Below, piece by piece: positions 1 to 9,077 of a DNA stretch of 38,145 nt. A model generated the notes under the pieces. That model had not been told where the DNA came from. It ran no database searches and saw nothing but the letters and a program-made list of their open reading frames with translations. The position numbers and the translations under genes were made by a program. The stretch's first letter is position 1, and every line of letters starts with the position of its first letter. Source of the stretch: an uncultured Deinococcales bacterium (GTDB taxonomy: Bacteria > Deinococcota > Deinococci > Deinococcales > JAAFIG01); assembly GCA_964247135.1 (NCBI GenBank), contig CAXTTL010000017.1, forward strand, positions 1 to 38,145, in the 5' to 3' direction.

Positions 1-268
1 AGACACGCATAGTATTGCTTCATTTGGTAAATACTTGTTTGAATAATCCAATTGAACATCATTCCACCATTCCTTTTCTTTGAGTTGATTTTGAAAAATG
101 CCACGCAATATTGGCGTGATCAACTTTCAAATCGAATGCACACTTCGACCTGTGATTCTTCTGACATAAGTTCTCAAGTTTCTCGAGTACAGGTGCGTCA
201 ACACCTAGTTTCAAAGAATCCGCTTTGAGCAAGAATTAAATCCGCGCAATCATTCAAGTGATATAACC

Positions 269-1914
269 TCAAGATGCAGCGAGGGCGCAAAGATGCAATT
301 CTCCAGCCACACCAGCACAGGTCACAGCGGTGACTGTGCCACGATCACCTGTCTGACCTTCAACATCACCGAACGCAGTCCACCCAGTACGCTGTCCAAT
401 GGTGTGCCATAAGTGACCGTCTGTCGTCACACCGCCGACGTGAAGCCCAGAGTCTAGGGACGCACAATCAACTTCGACAAATAAACCCCGATCGCCTGAT
501 TGACCTTCAACATCACCAAAGGGTGTCCAACGTCCATCGGCTCTGCGAATGCTGTGCCACAAATGCCCGTCGGATGTGACAATACATAGGTTTAACTCAC
601 TACCAGTACCATCGGAGGCAACTGCCATTGCCCGACCCCGATCACCAGCTTGTCCTTTCACATCACCAAAGGGTGTCCAGCGTCCGTCGCTTCTGCGAAT
701 GCTGTGCCACAAACGACCATCGTTGGTGATACCACTCACGTGCAATTCGCTATTCACGACGGCACAGTTCACATCTACAAACGTTCCTCGATCCCCTGTT
801 TGACCTTCAACATCAGCAAATGGCGACCACCTGCCAGTTTGAAATTGAGCCAGTGAATGCCACAAGTGCCCATCTGTCGTGACAACACACATGTGAAGGT
901 CAGAACCAGTACCAGCCACAGAAACCTTGACGACATGACCTGGATCTCCTACAACGTTCTTGACATTGCCAAATGCAGTCCAATGCCCGTCTTGTCTCCG
1001 AATAGCGTGCCACAAGTTGCCGTCAAAGGATGAACCGCTGATGTGCATTTCACCACTCACACTGGCACAAGAGATGTCAGCAAACGGACTCAATCCACCA
1101 ACTTGTGCTGCCACGTCCCCAAACGGAGTCCAGTTTGTTGGATGCCGAATGGTGTGCCAAAGTTTGCTTGCAGCGACTGGGGCAATTCCCACAAGAGCAC
1201 GTGTGGCAAGTCCAACGGATCGCCCATCTGAGGTGACAGGCAAGCCATCTCGTAAATGCCAGATAAAAGTGATCTCGATGAGTCCTTGTCCACCAGGTTC
1301 TTGAAACTGAATCACTTCTGGGTCACTCGTATTTTGACCATTAAATGGACTCGAGAAATTGTTGAGGGTCAAGTTAAGCATTCCAGGTACATAAGGATCA
1401 TCTGCTAACCCTAGCCATTGACCAACAAAAGTGTTCGCCAGTTTTCCTATCTCACGTGAAATATCATTCCAAACAGACGCTGGGATAGTAGGTGTCAAAT
1501 CAATTCCTTCATGGCTTAGGGTCGTGCCAAGATCACGAAGCTTAGGGTCGTGCCAAGATCACGAACCACCTTTTCAACGACAGAACTGATGGTATTTTCA
1601 AAGCCACCTCCGTCATCTTTTTCAGCCAACAAGAGATTGACTGCGAAGTTAACAGAACCAGTACCTTCTTGAACCAATGTTTGCATAACGACTGTTGCAG
1701 GATTAAAAAGTTGTTCTCGACCAGATTCGTACTGGTTACCCAAGAAAACTTTTTCAAATGGCTGCAATGTCGCTGTTGGCATGGCAGTAATCACCGCCGC
1801 GAAGTCCAAGGAATCTGGGTCGGTTTCGAGTGGAATACCAAAAATATTCTGCCGATTTGTTGTTCTGCGAACACACTTAACCTTGGTGATTTGAAGCTCG
1901 AGTGTCTTTGCCAT
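269..1914 (-). pseudogene. Beta-propeller lectin-like repeat protein (PLL/tachylectin-like), split into ORFs 1516..1914 and 269..1498 by a 26-bp duplication
   Basis: Six ~50-aa repeats of the form LWHxIRxxDGxWTxFGDVEGQxGDRG. Removing one copy of the 26-bp duplication fuses the two ORFs into 539 aa (...VVRDLGTTLS-HEGIDLTPTIP...). GGAG RBS upstream of 1914; 269..1498 starts on TTG. Confidence 0.75.
1514..1565. repeat. Perfect 26-bp tandem duplication
   Basis: GCTTAGGGTCGTGCCAAGATCACGAA at 1514-1539 and 1540-1565. Confidence 0.97.
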
Positions 1915-1984
1915 AATTTGGAATCTCCTTCATTTTCAAGTCGTCACTGACGAACCAAATGAGCATGTTCTGAGGTAAAAATAC

Positions 1985-2422
1985 TTAGGTTTCGACCATC
2001 GTTAACGACACCGTGCGAAACACAACCGTCACCACAGGAACTTTTACCGCGATCACGCCCTCAACCATCCTCGAGATGCCCGTCACCTGATAACAATCCA
2101 CAATTCCCGTGCCCACCAGCGTTGGCTCGAGGTTGCTTTCATCTCCGCTTCGAGCATCAAAAGTCTGGGATTCGATGCTCTTGATGCGTTGCCCAGCATG
2201 GGCTTCGCTGGTGTTGAGCAGCACAAAAGTTTTGCTCAGGTTGATGCTCGAGCCTTCGGGTTTGAGCGCTTGAAAGAATGTTTGTGCTTCACACTCGAGC
2301 AGCACACCCCGCACGATCAGGTTGACCGAGACCGTCCAACGCAAGTGTTTGGTCTGAAAGATCGCGGTTGGGTCGGCGCGAAGTTCGATGTCGCCTGGTC
2401 GGAATACGGTGTGGTTTCGCAT
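1985..2422 (-). CDS. Hypothetical protein (145 aa, beta-rich)
   Basis: ATG preceded by a strong AAGGAGGT RBS; no recognisable motif. Confidence 0.65.
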   Translation of the reverse strand: MRNHTVFRPGDIELRADPTAIFQTKHLRWTVSVNLIVRGVLLECEAQTFFQALKPEGSSINLSKTFVLLNTSEAHAGQRIKSIESQTFDARSGDESNLEPTLVGTGIVDCYQVTGISRMVEGVIAVKVPVVTVVFRTVSLTMVET

Positions 2423-2470
2423 GGGTTCACCTCCTTTCTGCGAAATTTGTTGGGGTGCTTAAGTGAAATC

Positions 2471-2521
2471 AAAAAACCTCCTTTCTTTGGACTCGAGGTG
2501 TTGCTCGAGCCTTGAAAGGAG
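2471..2521 (-). terminator. Hairpin plus U-tract downstream of the S8 protease
   Basis: CTCCTTTC (2478-2485) pairs with GAAAGGAG (2514-2521); inner stem from two CTCGAG (2492, 2504); T6 follows on the minus strand. Confidence 0.55.
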
Positions 2522-2561
2522 ATTGCCAGAAGGGGGTTTAATACGGGATTATGAGAGAAAG

Positions 2562-4235
2562 TTAGCGACCCAACAACGAGCGTATTGCGTCGATATTATG
2601 TCGGAACACGGGAATCTTATATTTTTCTGGGGTTGTTGCGCCTGCAAAGACGCAATTATTCCGAAAGTTTTGATCTGGCGGAGTACCAGTTGGCGGGTTA
2701 AGGAAGCAATAATAATCTTGCTGAGTGCCAGCTCGGACAATGAAGCTTTCGACTTGTGATGCTGTCCAATTTGGATTTTGAGACCTCAAGACAGCAGCGA
2801 TACCTGTGATGATTGGTGCTGAGAACGATGTTCCACTCCGTAATTCGCTTACAAAACTGAATGATCCGCCAAGATTTGTTCCGTATAAAATTTTGATTTT
2901 CTCGCCATATGTAACGACATCCACTGATCGGTTCATGGTGCTGAATCTCGAGATATCTTTTCTACTATTGATTGACCCGACTGAAATAATCCCATCTACA
3001 TTTCCTGCTGCGACAGCGATACTCCCACTAGACCATGCAGCAGGATAAACGGGTTGATTCCAGCCGCGAAGTTGGTCAGACTCTGGACGCAGTGCGTCTT
3101 CGGTAAAGTTTCCAGCCCTACGCATTTCAGATGTCTCACGACTTCTTTCGGTTGGTGAACGATTCCATAGCAGATTACGGCTATTGCCCGATCCCGCAAC
3201 CACAAGTGCTCCTTCGGATAAAACGTCTTGTATTGCTTCATAAACCAATTTGGAGTCGTAAAAACCACCGAAGCTCATATTGACCACCTGAGCGTGTCGG
3301 TAGGCGGCATAACAGAGTCCAATCGTAACGTTCCTGCCAGTACACAGACCATCTTGGTCACAGACCTTAGCAGGAATCATTTCAGAGCCGACTGCAATTC
3401 CACTAATGAGTTGCGCAATTGGTGTTCCATGCTTATGCCCTACAATTCCATTTTCTCCTGGGTCTGGGCTAACAAAATCATCCCGATTCCAGCTTGTGAA
3501 GTTTGGCGGGTTGGCAGTCGTGTCTATGCCAATAGGTCGTTTGAAGTCAGTCTTGATATTGAAACGGTTCAAAATATAAGAGTTAAGAGCAATTAAAGAA
3601 TCAAGAGGATTAGTATCAAATCCCGAATCAAGTATTGCGACTTTCACGCCTCTAGCACTTTGACTCAAACCAGTTAGATCAACTGGGTCAGATTCATCTG
3701 TTGCCTGCATCATGGAATCTGGTTTGGTAAAGCCAGGATTTGGTCCAACCTTCAGAATGTCTTCGCCCGATTGATATCCAAACGAATTCGTCAAAAGAAC
3801 CATTTCGTCTTCAACAGCACGGATAATTCTATCGAGGGCATACACATCATCTGGTGCGCCGTCCGTCCGAAGTGTCAACAGTGTTCCACCACAAACGCGC
3901 GGGTGATTCAAAAGCCTCATGCCTGTATCTACAAATCCTGTGGATAGATCATACGTATAGCGCTCATCTATTGTGATTTTCACCTTTAATTTCAATCCTA
4001 GTAAGTTTATTCGGTTCTTAATTTCACGAATCCACTCTTCGATACTCGTGCCGTTAGGTCGATCTAGTGTTTTGCCACCAGGGTTTACCAAAATCAAAAT
4101 TTCATTTGGGACAAAATCCGATCCTGGTTGAAAGCCCTTAAGAGAAACATGATTCGATTGTTGAGCATGAGCGACCCATGCCACCGTCAATACCAAGCTT
4201 AAGACACCAAACCACCACTTCAACATCTTTTTCAT
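2562..4235 (-). CDS. Secreted S8 (subtilisin-like) serine peptidase
   Basis: Signal peptide (MKKMLKWW...AHA); catalytic motifs VAILDSG, HGT, GTSFSAP; VVNMSFG and AGSGN. Confidence 0.93.
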   Translation of the reverse strand: MKKMLKWWFGVLSLVLTVAWVAHAQQSNHVSLKGFQPGSDFVPNEILILVNPGGKTLDRPNGTSIEEWIREIKNRINLLGLKLKVKITIDERYTYDLSTGFVDTGMRLLNHPRVCGGTLLTLRTDGAPDDVYALDRIIRAVEDEMVLLTNSFGYQSGEDILKVGPNPGFTKPDSMMQATDESDPVDLTGLSQSARGVKVAILDSGFDTNPLDSLIALNSYILNRFNIKTDFKRPIGIDTTANPPNFTSWNRDDFVSPDPGENGIVGHKHGTPIAQLISGIAVGSEMIPAKVCDQDGLCTGRNVTIGLCYAAYRHAQVVNMSFGGFYDSKLVYEAIQDVLSEGALVVAGSGNSRNLLWNRSPTERSRETSEMRRAGNFTEDALRPESDQLRGWNQPVYPAAWSSGSIAVAAGNVDGIISVGSINSRKDISRFSTMNRSVDVVTYGEKIKILYGTNLGGSFSFVSELRSGTSFSAPIITGIAAVLRSQNPNWTASQVESFIVRAGTQQDYYCFLNPPTGTPPDQNFRNNCVFAGATTPEKYKIPVFRHNIDAIRSLLGR

Positions 4236-4274
4236 TGGGTGTTACCTCCGATTATGATTGTGTCGGGATTGGGT

Positions 4275-7200
4275 TTAATTGAGCATGAATTGTTGTACCA
4301 GACGTTCACGAGCCATACTTTGCAGGTCAAAATCTTTAAGCACAATACCAATATCAAGTTCAAGCCGCATCAGCTCGTAGCCATCGGCGATTGAAGCTAA
4401 TGCACCTCGAGCAGCCTCAAACTGGTTTGCCACGAACAATTGGGTAGCAATGGTTGCTGGTGTTGAATCCAGCTTATGCGCCTGTTCTGCTTGGTCGGAA
4501 CTCATTTCCATCCTTGCTAAACGAATCAACGCAGCTTGTAGTCGTTCAGTGGCTTTGGCTTGCCTTGCGAATGCAACTGATTTTTGGTAGCACGTTATGG
4601 CTTTTGAAGTCTGGTTTAGCACCACTGCCAATTCACCTTCAAACCATCGTAAGTCAGCCTCGAGCGCGATCATGGGCTGTTCTGCCAGCAACTTAAAAGC
4701 TTGATTTAACGCATTTTCAACTTCAACATACAGTCCCAATCGTAAACCAACCTCTGCCACATTGCTAAGAATAGTTACTTGAAAATACGAATTATGTTGT
4801 GTGTCTTTGGCTTTCAACGCATGTTGGTACGCCTCGTGTGCAGCTTGGTAATCTACTCGTTCAAAATGCACGTTTCCAAGATTATTGAACCAGATGCCAG
4901 CCACATACTCGAGACCATAGACACTGCGGGTTTCAATCGCTTTTTGAGCGTGAAAGATGGCTTCATCAAGTTTGCCCTCACGTGTATATGCTATCCCCAG
5001 TTTGTCATGTGCTGCTCCAAGAACACTGATGTTCGAGGTGTCCTCAGCCAATACAATGGCTTCCTGTAATGTGGACAATGCAGCTTTACGGTTTGTAAAA
5101 ATTAAAATGCTCCCCAATTCTGTCAAACTTCCCGCCAAATCATGGTTTTGTTGTAAGGTTCGTTGAATATGTATGGCTTCCCGATACCAGGTTTCTGCTT
5201 CAGCAAATTCACGATTTAAGAAACAACACCAGCCCAGCATGGTCAAGGCTCGTGCGCGTTCTGCCTGTGTATTTTGACCAATCACACCCTCGAGCACTGC
5301 CAACGTGTGTTTGGCAGTTTCGTGACCTCGTACCGTATCTCCAAGACCATTGAGGAGCAAGCCACTTTTGGCGTTCAACACCCCTGCGACTGTAACGACA
5401 TCTGTCTCGAAAGATAACGCTTCAGCCGCCTCCAAATCTTGTAACGCCTCGTCATACCGCCCATGCCTTTCCAGCATCCTCGAGCGCTTGGTGAGCACCT
5501 GGATGCGATCAATGGTGCTGCGGGTAAGTGCCAACGCCCGATCAAACCACATCAAACCATCGGTCAAGTTGCCACGAAGCACGTGTGTTTCTCCTGCCTC
5601 TAGGAATGCCCGAAGCGCAACACTTTCGTCAGCTTCTTCCCACAAGTCTCGAGCCACCCAGAAATGCCCCGCCGATGCCAAAGCCTCCTGACGTTGCGCC
5701 CGTGCCGCCCGCAAATGCAGAATGCCCGCCCGTGCAAGGTGCGTGCGGTTCAGCACCGCTTGCCGTATCAAATCATGCTCGAATTGCACGCCTGCACCTC
5801 CAACTTGCACCAACCCAACCCGTGAAAGTTGCTCGAGCACCGTGGCGGTCTCTTCGGCGGAACGTCCAGAAACGCGTTGCAGCAAACCCACTTTGCTTTG
5901 ATCTCCCAACACGCCCAATGCCTCGAGCGTCTGCTGTGACACCTCGGGTTGCACGTCGAGTCTGGCATCAATCAGGTCTTGCATCTGACGCGCTTGGGTG
6001 TCGGGGTCGGCTCGCAAGAGTTCGAGCACGTGCAATGGATTGCCGCCCGAAACCGCCCTCAGTTGCGCGGCATCAATGTCTGGTTGGTTCAAGGCTGTCG
6101 CCAGTTCCATGATGGCGATCTGGTCAAGCGGTTTGACCTCATGGACTCGCCCTTGCACTTGGGCAACAAATCTCAGGAATTCTCCGACATGGCTGGAGTC
6201 GTGGGGCTGTTCTCGCGTGGTGGCTACAAACGCCAGTCCCGCTCGAGGCGGTTTGGTAATCAGGTGTTGCACCAACTCGAGGGTCAACGCGTCCGCCCAT
6301 TGCAGGTCATCGAGCCAGATCAGCACGGGTTGTTCCTGATCGAGCAGGGCGCGAATTGCCTCGAACACCCCAAGGCGTTCCAAGTCTGGTGCATTCGGTC
6401 GCCCAGTGGGATTCAGGGCATCTGGCATCCACCTTGCCAGCGCGTCTCGCCAGGCGGTGGGCATCTGGTCAAGTATGGCTGGGTGTTGCTGCACCAATTG
6501 TCGGATGGCACTGTCAAAGGTCTGCAAGGGCAGGGCAGCCCGAACCACACTGCCGCCAAACAGGATGCCGCCGTGTCGGTTTGACAGCCATCGTTCACGC
6601 AATGCCTGAGCCAAGCGCGTTTTGCCGACGCCAGGCTCACCGCGCAGCACCACCGCAGGAACGCGAACCGTGCCGCTTGGCTCGAGCAGGGTGTCCAACA
6701 TGGTCAGTTCGGTTTGCCTGCCAACCAACGGCGCAAGAACCACGTTCGTCCCAGGCTCGAGGTGCAGCCATTCGCGTGCCAACATCGTCTCGCTTTCAAA
6801 CGCGCCATTCCGAGCCGCCGCCAATGCCGCTCGAGTTCGGGCGGTGGGTTCAACCCCCAACTCTTCGCGTTGTTGTTGTGCCAAGACGGTGTAGACCTGT
6901 ATGGCTTCATCACTGCGCTCGAGCGCACCCAAAGTTAGGATCAGTCGTCTCGAGGCATCTTCCTGTGGACCCACGTCACCACAGGCGAGGTTTAAAAATG
7001 GCAATGCCTTCTCGTACTGTGTCGCTTGCAGGTGTGTTGCAGCAATCATCGAGGCAAGCGTGCGCCACTGGGTTTCAAACTCTTCACGGCGAGAGTACAG
7101 CCACTCCTCGAATTCCTCGCCCAAACCGGCAGCCCAATCCCGAACCTCGAGTCCCTCGAGCAGTACCCCGCGATGCAAATCCCAAATGCTGGGGTCGCGT

Positions 7201-7520
7201 TTTGCGATGCCGTCGCGCCAGTTTTGAACATCCGATTGCACGTCTTGCAAGGCAATAAACTGTGCATCAATCTCGAGCGCATCCGCACCCAAGACCCGTT
7301 TCATCCCTGCCAGAGACACGGCAAGGTTGTTCAAGGGGTCGTCTGAACCAGACCACAACAGTTGTGCAAGCGTTTTACGGCGAGAACGTCCCTCGAGTGC
7401 CAGGTATGCCAGCAACGCTGCCCGTTTCGGTCCCAAGTCCAACAGTTTGCCGTCCCGTCGGATTTCAACAGGACCAAGAAAACACAATCGGACTTGCCCA
7501 GAAGACTGTGTGTGCGACAC
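4275..7520 (-). CDS. SARP/BTAD transcriptional activator with STAND-type AAA ATPase and C-terminal TPRs
   Basis: N-terminal ALLAYLAL...LAQLLW and FEEWL...ELGVEP (wHTH/BTAD); Walker A GEPGVGKT; Walker B LIWLDDLQWAD; GGNPL; TPR repeats. Confidence 0.9.
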   Translation of the reverse strand: MSHTQSSGQVRLCFLGPVEIRRDGKLLDLGPKRAALLAYLALEGRSRRKTLAQLLWSGSDDPLNNLAVSLAGMKRVLGADALEIDAQFIALQDVQSDVQNWRDGIAKRDPSIWDLHRGVLLEGLEVRDWAAGLGEEFEEWLYSRREEFETQWRTLASMIAATHLQATQYEKALPFLNLACGDVGPQEDASRRLILTLGALERSDEAIQVYTVLAQQQREELGVEPTARTRAALAAARNGAFESETMLAREWLHLEPGTNVVLAPLVGRQTELTMLDTLLEPSGTVRVPAVVLRGEPGVGKTRLAQALRERWLSNRHGGILFGGSVVRAALPLQTFDSAIRQLVQQHPAILDQMPTAWRDALARWMPDALNPTGRPNAPDLERLGVFEAIRALLDQEQPVLIWLDDLQWADALTLELVQHLITKPPRAGLAFVATTREQPHDSSHVGEFLRFVAQVQGRVHEVKPLDQIAIMELATALNQPDIDAAQLRAVSGGNPLHVLELLRADPDTQARQMQDLIDARLDVQPEVSQQTLEALGVLGDQSKVGLLQRVSGRSAEETATVLEQLSRVGLVQVGGAGVQFEHDLIRQAVLNRTHLARAGILHLRAARAQRQEALASAGHFWVARDLWEEADESVALRAFLEAGETHVLRGNLTDGLMWFDRALALTRSTIDRIQVLTKRSRMLERHGRYDEALQDLEAAEALSFETDVVTVAGVLNAKSGLLLNGLGDTVRGHETAKHTLAVLEGVIGQNTQAERARALTMLGWCCFLNREFAEAETWYREAIHIQRTLQQNHDLAGSLTELGSILIFTNRKAALSTLQEAIVLAEDTSNISVLGAAHDKLGIAYTREGKLDEAIFHAQKAIETRSVYGLEYVAGIWFNNLGNVHFERVDYQAAHEAYQHALKAKDTQHNSYFQVTILSNVAEVGLRLGLYVEVENALNQAFKLLAEQPMIALEADLRWFEGELAVVLNQTSKAITCYQKSVAFARQAKATERLQAALIRLARMEMSSDQAEQAHKLDSTPATIATQLFVANQFEAARGALASIADGYELMRLELDIGIVLKDFDLQSMARERLVQQFMLN

Positions 7521-7565
7521 GATGCTTCATTCCTCACATTATTTATACCATGTGTCCCTCGCATG

Positions 7566-7589
7566 AATTGCTCTGAGAGCTGAGCAATT
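7566..7589. promoter_or_regulatory. Inverted repeat upstream of the BTAD regulator (candidate operator)
   Basis: AATTGCTC-N8-GAGCAATT about 45 bp upstream of the start codon. Confidence 0.3.
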
Positions 7590-7653
7590 TTTCCAATTTG
7601 ATTTTCGTTGTTTGCATATTAATTCCGACGCAAGCACCTCAAGTGACCGATAA

Positions 7654-7691
7654 AAATCTTGTGCCATCGTTGCAACGATGGCACAAGATTT
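7654..7691 (-). terminator. Perfect 38-bp palindrome, likely terminator of the peptide/coiled-coil/thioredoxin unit
   Basis: AAATCTTGTGCCATCGTTG|CAACGATGGCACAAGATTT about 20 bp after the thioredoxin stop; ends in a T-run on the minus strand. Confidence 0.7.
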
Positions 7692-7710
7692 CAGAGTATG
7701 GTTTGTGTTT

Positions 7711-8043
7711 TCAGCTTGTTTGGGCAGTTAGAAACGGCTCGAGCCTGCGAACATATTCTCTCTTTGGCAATGCACCAAGCACCACTTCAACGGGCATTCC
7801 ATCCTGAAACAACATCACCACTGGCAAACTCGAGATGTGCAATTTCAACGCGGTACTGGGCTGGTCATCAATGTTCAGTTTCGCCACGCTCAAACAACCC
7901 TCGTGTTCTCGAGCGAGTTCGCGCACGATGCTGTCGGTGACTTGGCAAGGTCCACACCACGGTGCCCAAAAATCCACCAAAGTCAAGCCATGCGCCACAC
8001 CCGAATCAAAGGTGTCATCAGTCAAAGTCAAGATTTCGCTCAT
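7711..8043 (-). CDS. trxA: Thioredoxin
   Basis: LVDFWAPWCGPC active site, KLNID and a cis-Pro-like SLP; 110 aa; ATGA overlap with the upstream gene. Confidence 0.93.
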   Translation of the reverse strand: MSEILTLTDDTFDSGVAHGLTLVDFWAPWCGPCQVTDSIVRELAREHEGCLSVAKLNIDDQPSTALKLHISSLPVVMLFQDGMPVEVVLGALPKREYVRRLEPFLTAQTS

Positions 8044-8687
8044 GGCGCTCCTCGAGTTTCAGGGATTTTGGTTGCATCTTTGTTGCGGTGCTGCAAGACG
8101 TCCACCAAGGCATTTTCTGCTTCGATTGATCGCTCGAGTTCCCGAATTCGAGCTTGGGCTGGCTCGAATTGGTCGCTGTCAGATGGCAAACGAGAAATCC
8201 AAGAAGATAACGTTTCACGGAGTTGTGAAAGACGACGAACCTCTTCAGTGGCTTGATTCAACTCGAGGTCGAATTTTTCATTGTCGTTTGCAACCGTTGG
8301 CTGCCAAACCGCCCCAGGCTCAAGACGCCGTAATTCTTGCTGCATGTTGTTGCTGATCTCGAGCAAGCGCTTTTTTTCTTGCTCAACAAAATTTCGCAAG
8401 TGATCATCAGTCTCTGGGTCAGCCAAGGTTTGTTCGGCGAATTGCAAACGGAGGTGCAAACGCTCGAGTTGCTGCCTGATGGCATCGGGGGTCATTGGCA
8501 GACCTTGACCTGGTTGCTCGAGGCTGGCAGTCAACCTCGAGAGAATCTGTCGTGTTTCTGCCAGCCTCATTTCATAGTGAATCCGATCCATTTCGGAGGG
8601 TTGCTCGGCGATCAAACGCTCGAGTGTCTCGATACGGCGTTTGGCGATTTGAATGCTAAGTTCAGTTTGATTGGTTGCGTTGCTCAT
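8040..8687 (-). CDS. Hypothetical coiled-coil protein (215 aa, repeated helical hairpins)
   Basis: E/Q/R/L-rich heptads; stop overlaps the trxA start. Confidence 0.7.
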   Translation of the reverse strand: MSNATNQTELSIQIAKRRIETLERLIAEQPSEMDRIHYEMRLAETRQILSRLTASLEQPGQGLPMTPDAIRQQLERLHLRLQFAEQTLADPETDDHLRNFVEQEKKRLLEISNNMQQELRRLEPGAVWQPTVANDNEKFDLELNQATEEVRRLSQLRETLSSWISRLPSDSDQFEPAQARIRELERSIEAENALVDVLQHRNKDATKIPETRGAP

Positions 8688-8744
8688 GATGAAAGTCTCG
8701 AGTGAACGCTGATGGCAGGTTCACCTTGTCCAAGGGAGTTTTGA

Positions 8745-8888
8745 TCAAATACAAGGAAAAAATGGACATTCCCACATAATGGAACCGCCTCTGGCTTTGC
8801 TTGGGTGTTCACCAGCCAAGGTTGAGGACGAAAAAAACAAACCCAACAAACCAAGTATCACCAATGCTTGCAACAGTTTTCTTTTCAT
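8745..8888 (-). CDS. Small secreted peptide precursor (47 aa), below the ORF-track cutoff
   Basis: GAGGAG RBS then MKRKLLQALVILGLLGLFFSSSTLA|GEHPSKARGGSIMWECPFFPCI*. Basic N-region, hydrophobic H-region and T-L-A cleavage site of a Sec signal. Confidence 0.75.
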   Translation of the reverse strand: MKRKLLQALVILGLLGLFFSSSTLAGEHPSKARGGSIMWECPFFPCI

Positions 8889-8911
8889 GACTTGCTCCTC
8901 TCGAATTTGGT

Positions 8912-8968
8912 TTTTGCCCAGGCAAAATCACTGTACGCCAGTTCTGAAAAGATTCTGGAAATTTCCAG
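8912..8968. promoter_or_regulatory. Two palindromes in the divergent promoter region
   Basis: TTTTGCC-CA-GGCAAAA (8912-8927) and perfect CTGGAAATTTCCAG (8955-8968). Confidence 0.4.
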
Positions 8969-9077
8969 GGAATTATCCAAAAATCTTCTCAGTCGGTCAT
9001 TAAAGTAATGAAGTAGTCTCGAGATCAAATTGCTCTTCACAGTGCGCCTCATCATCTGGAAACCAGAAAGGACACTA

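Noticed and set aside
1-62. Possible minus-strand gene start running off the window (MMFNWIIQ...)
   Set aside because: Only about 20 codons are visible; insufficient support.
330-1150. Recurring similar DNA segments (~150-bp period) suggesting a CRISPR or repeat array
   Set aside because: They are degenerate in-frame propeller blades; no identical repeats with unique spacers and no cas genes.
5350-7346. Long antisense/alternate-frame ORFs (e.g. 6356..7258, and similar ones across the window)
   Set aside because: Shadow ORFs over well-supported genes, with no motifs or RBS.
7646-7696. CGATAAAA...TCAGA resembling a third copy of the 50-bp site
   Set aside because: Short match only, and spacing differs (43 vs 38 bp).
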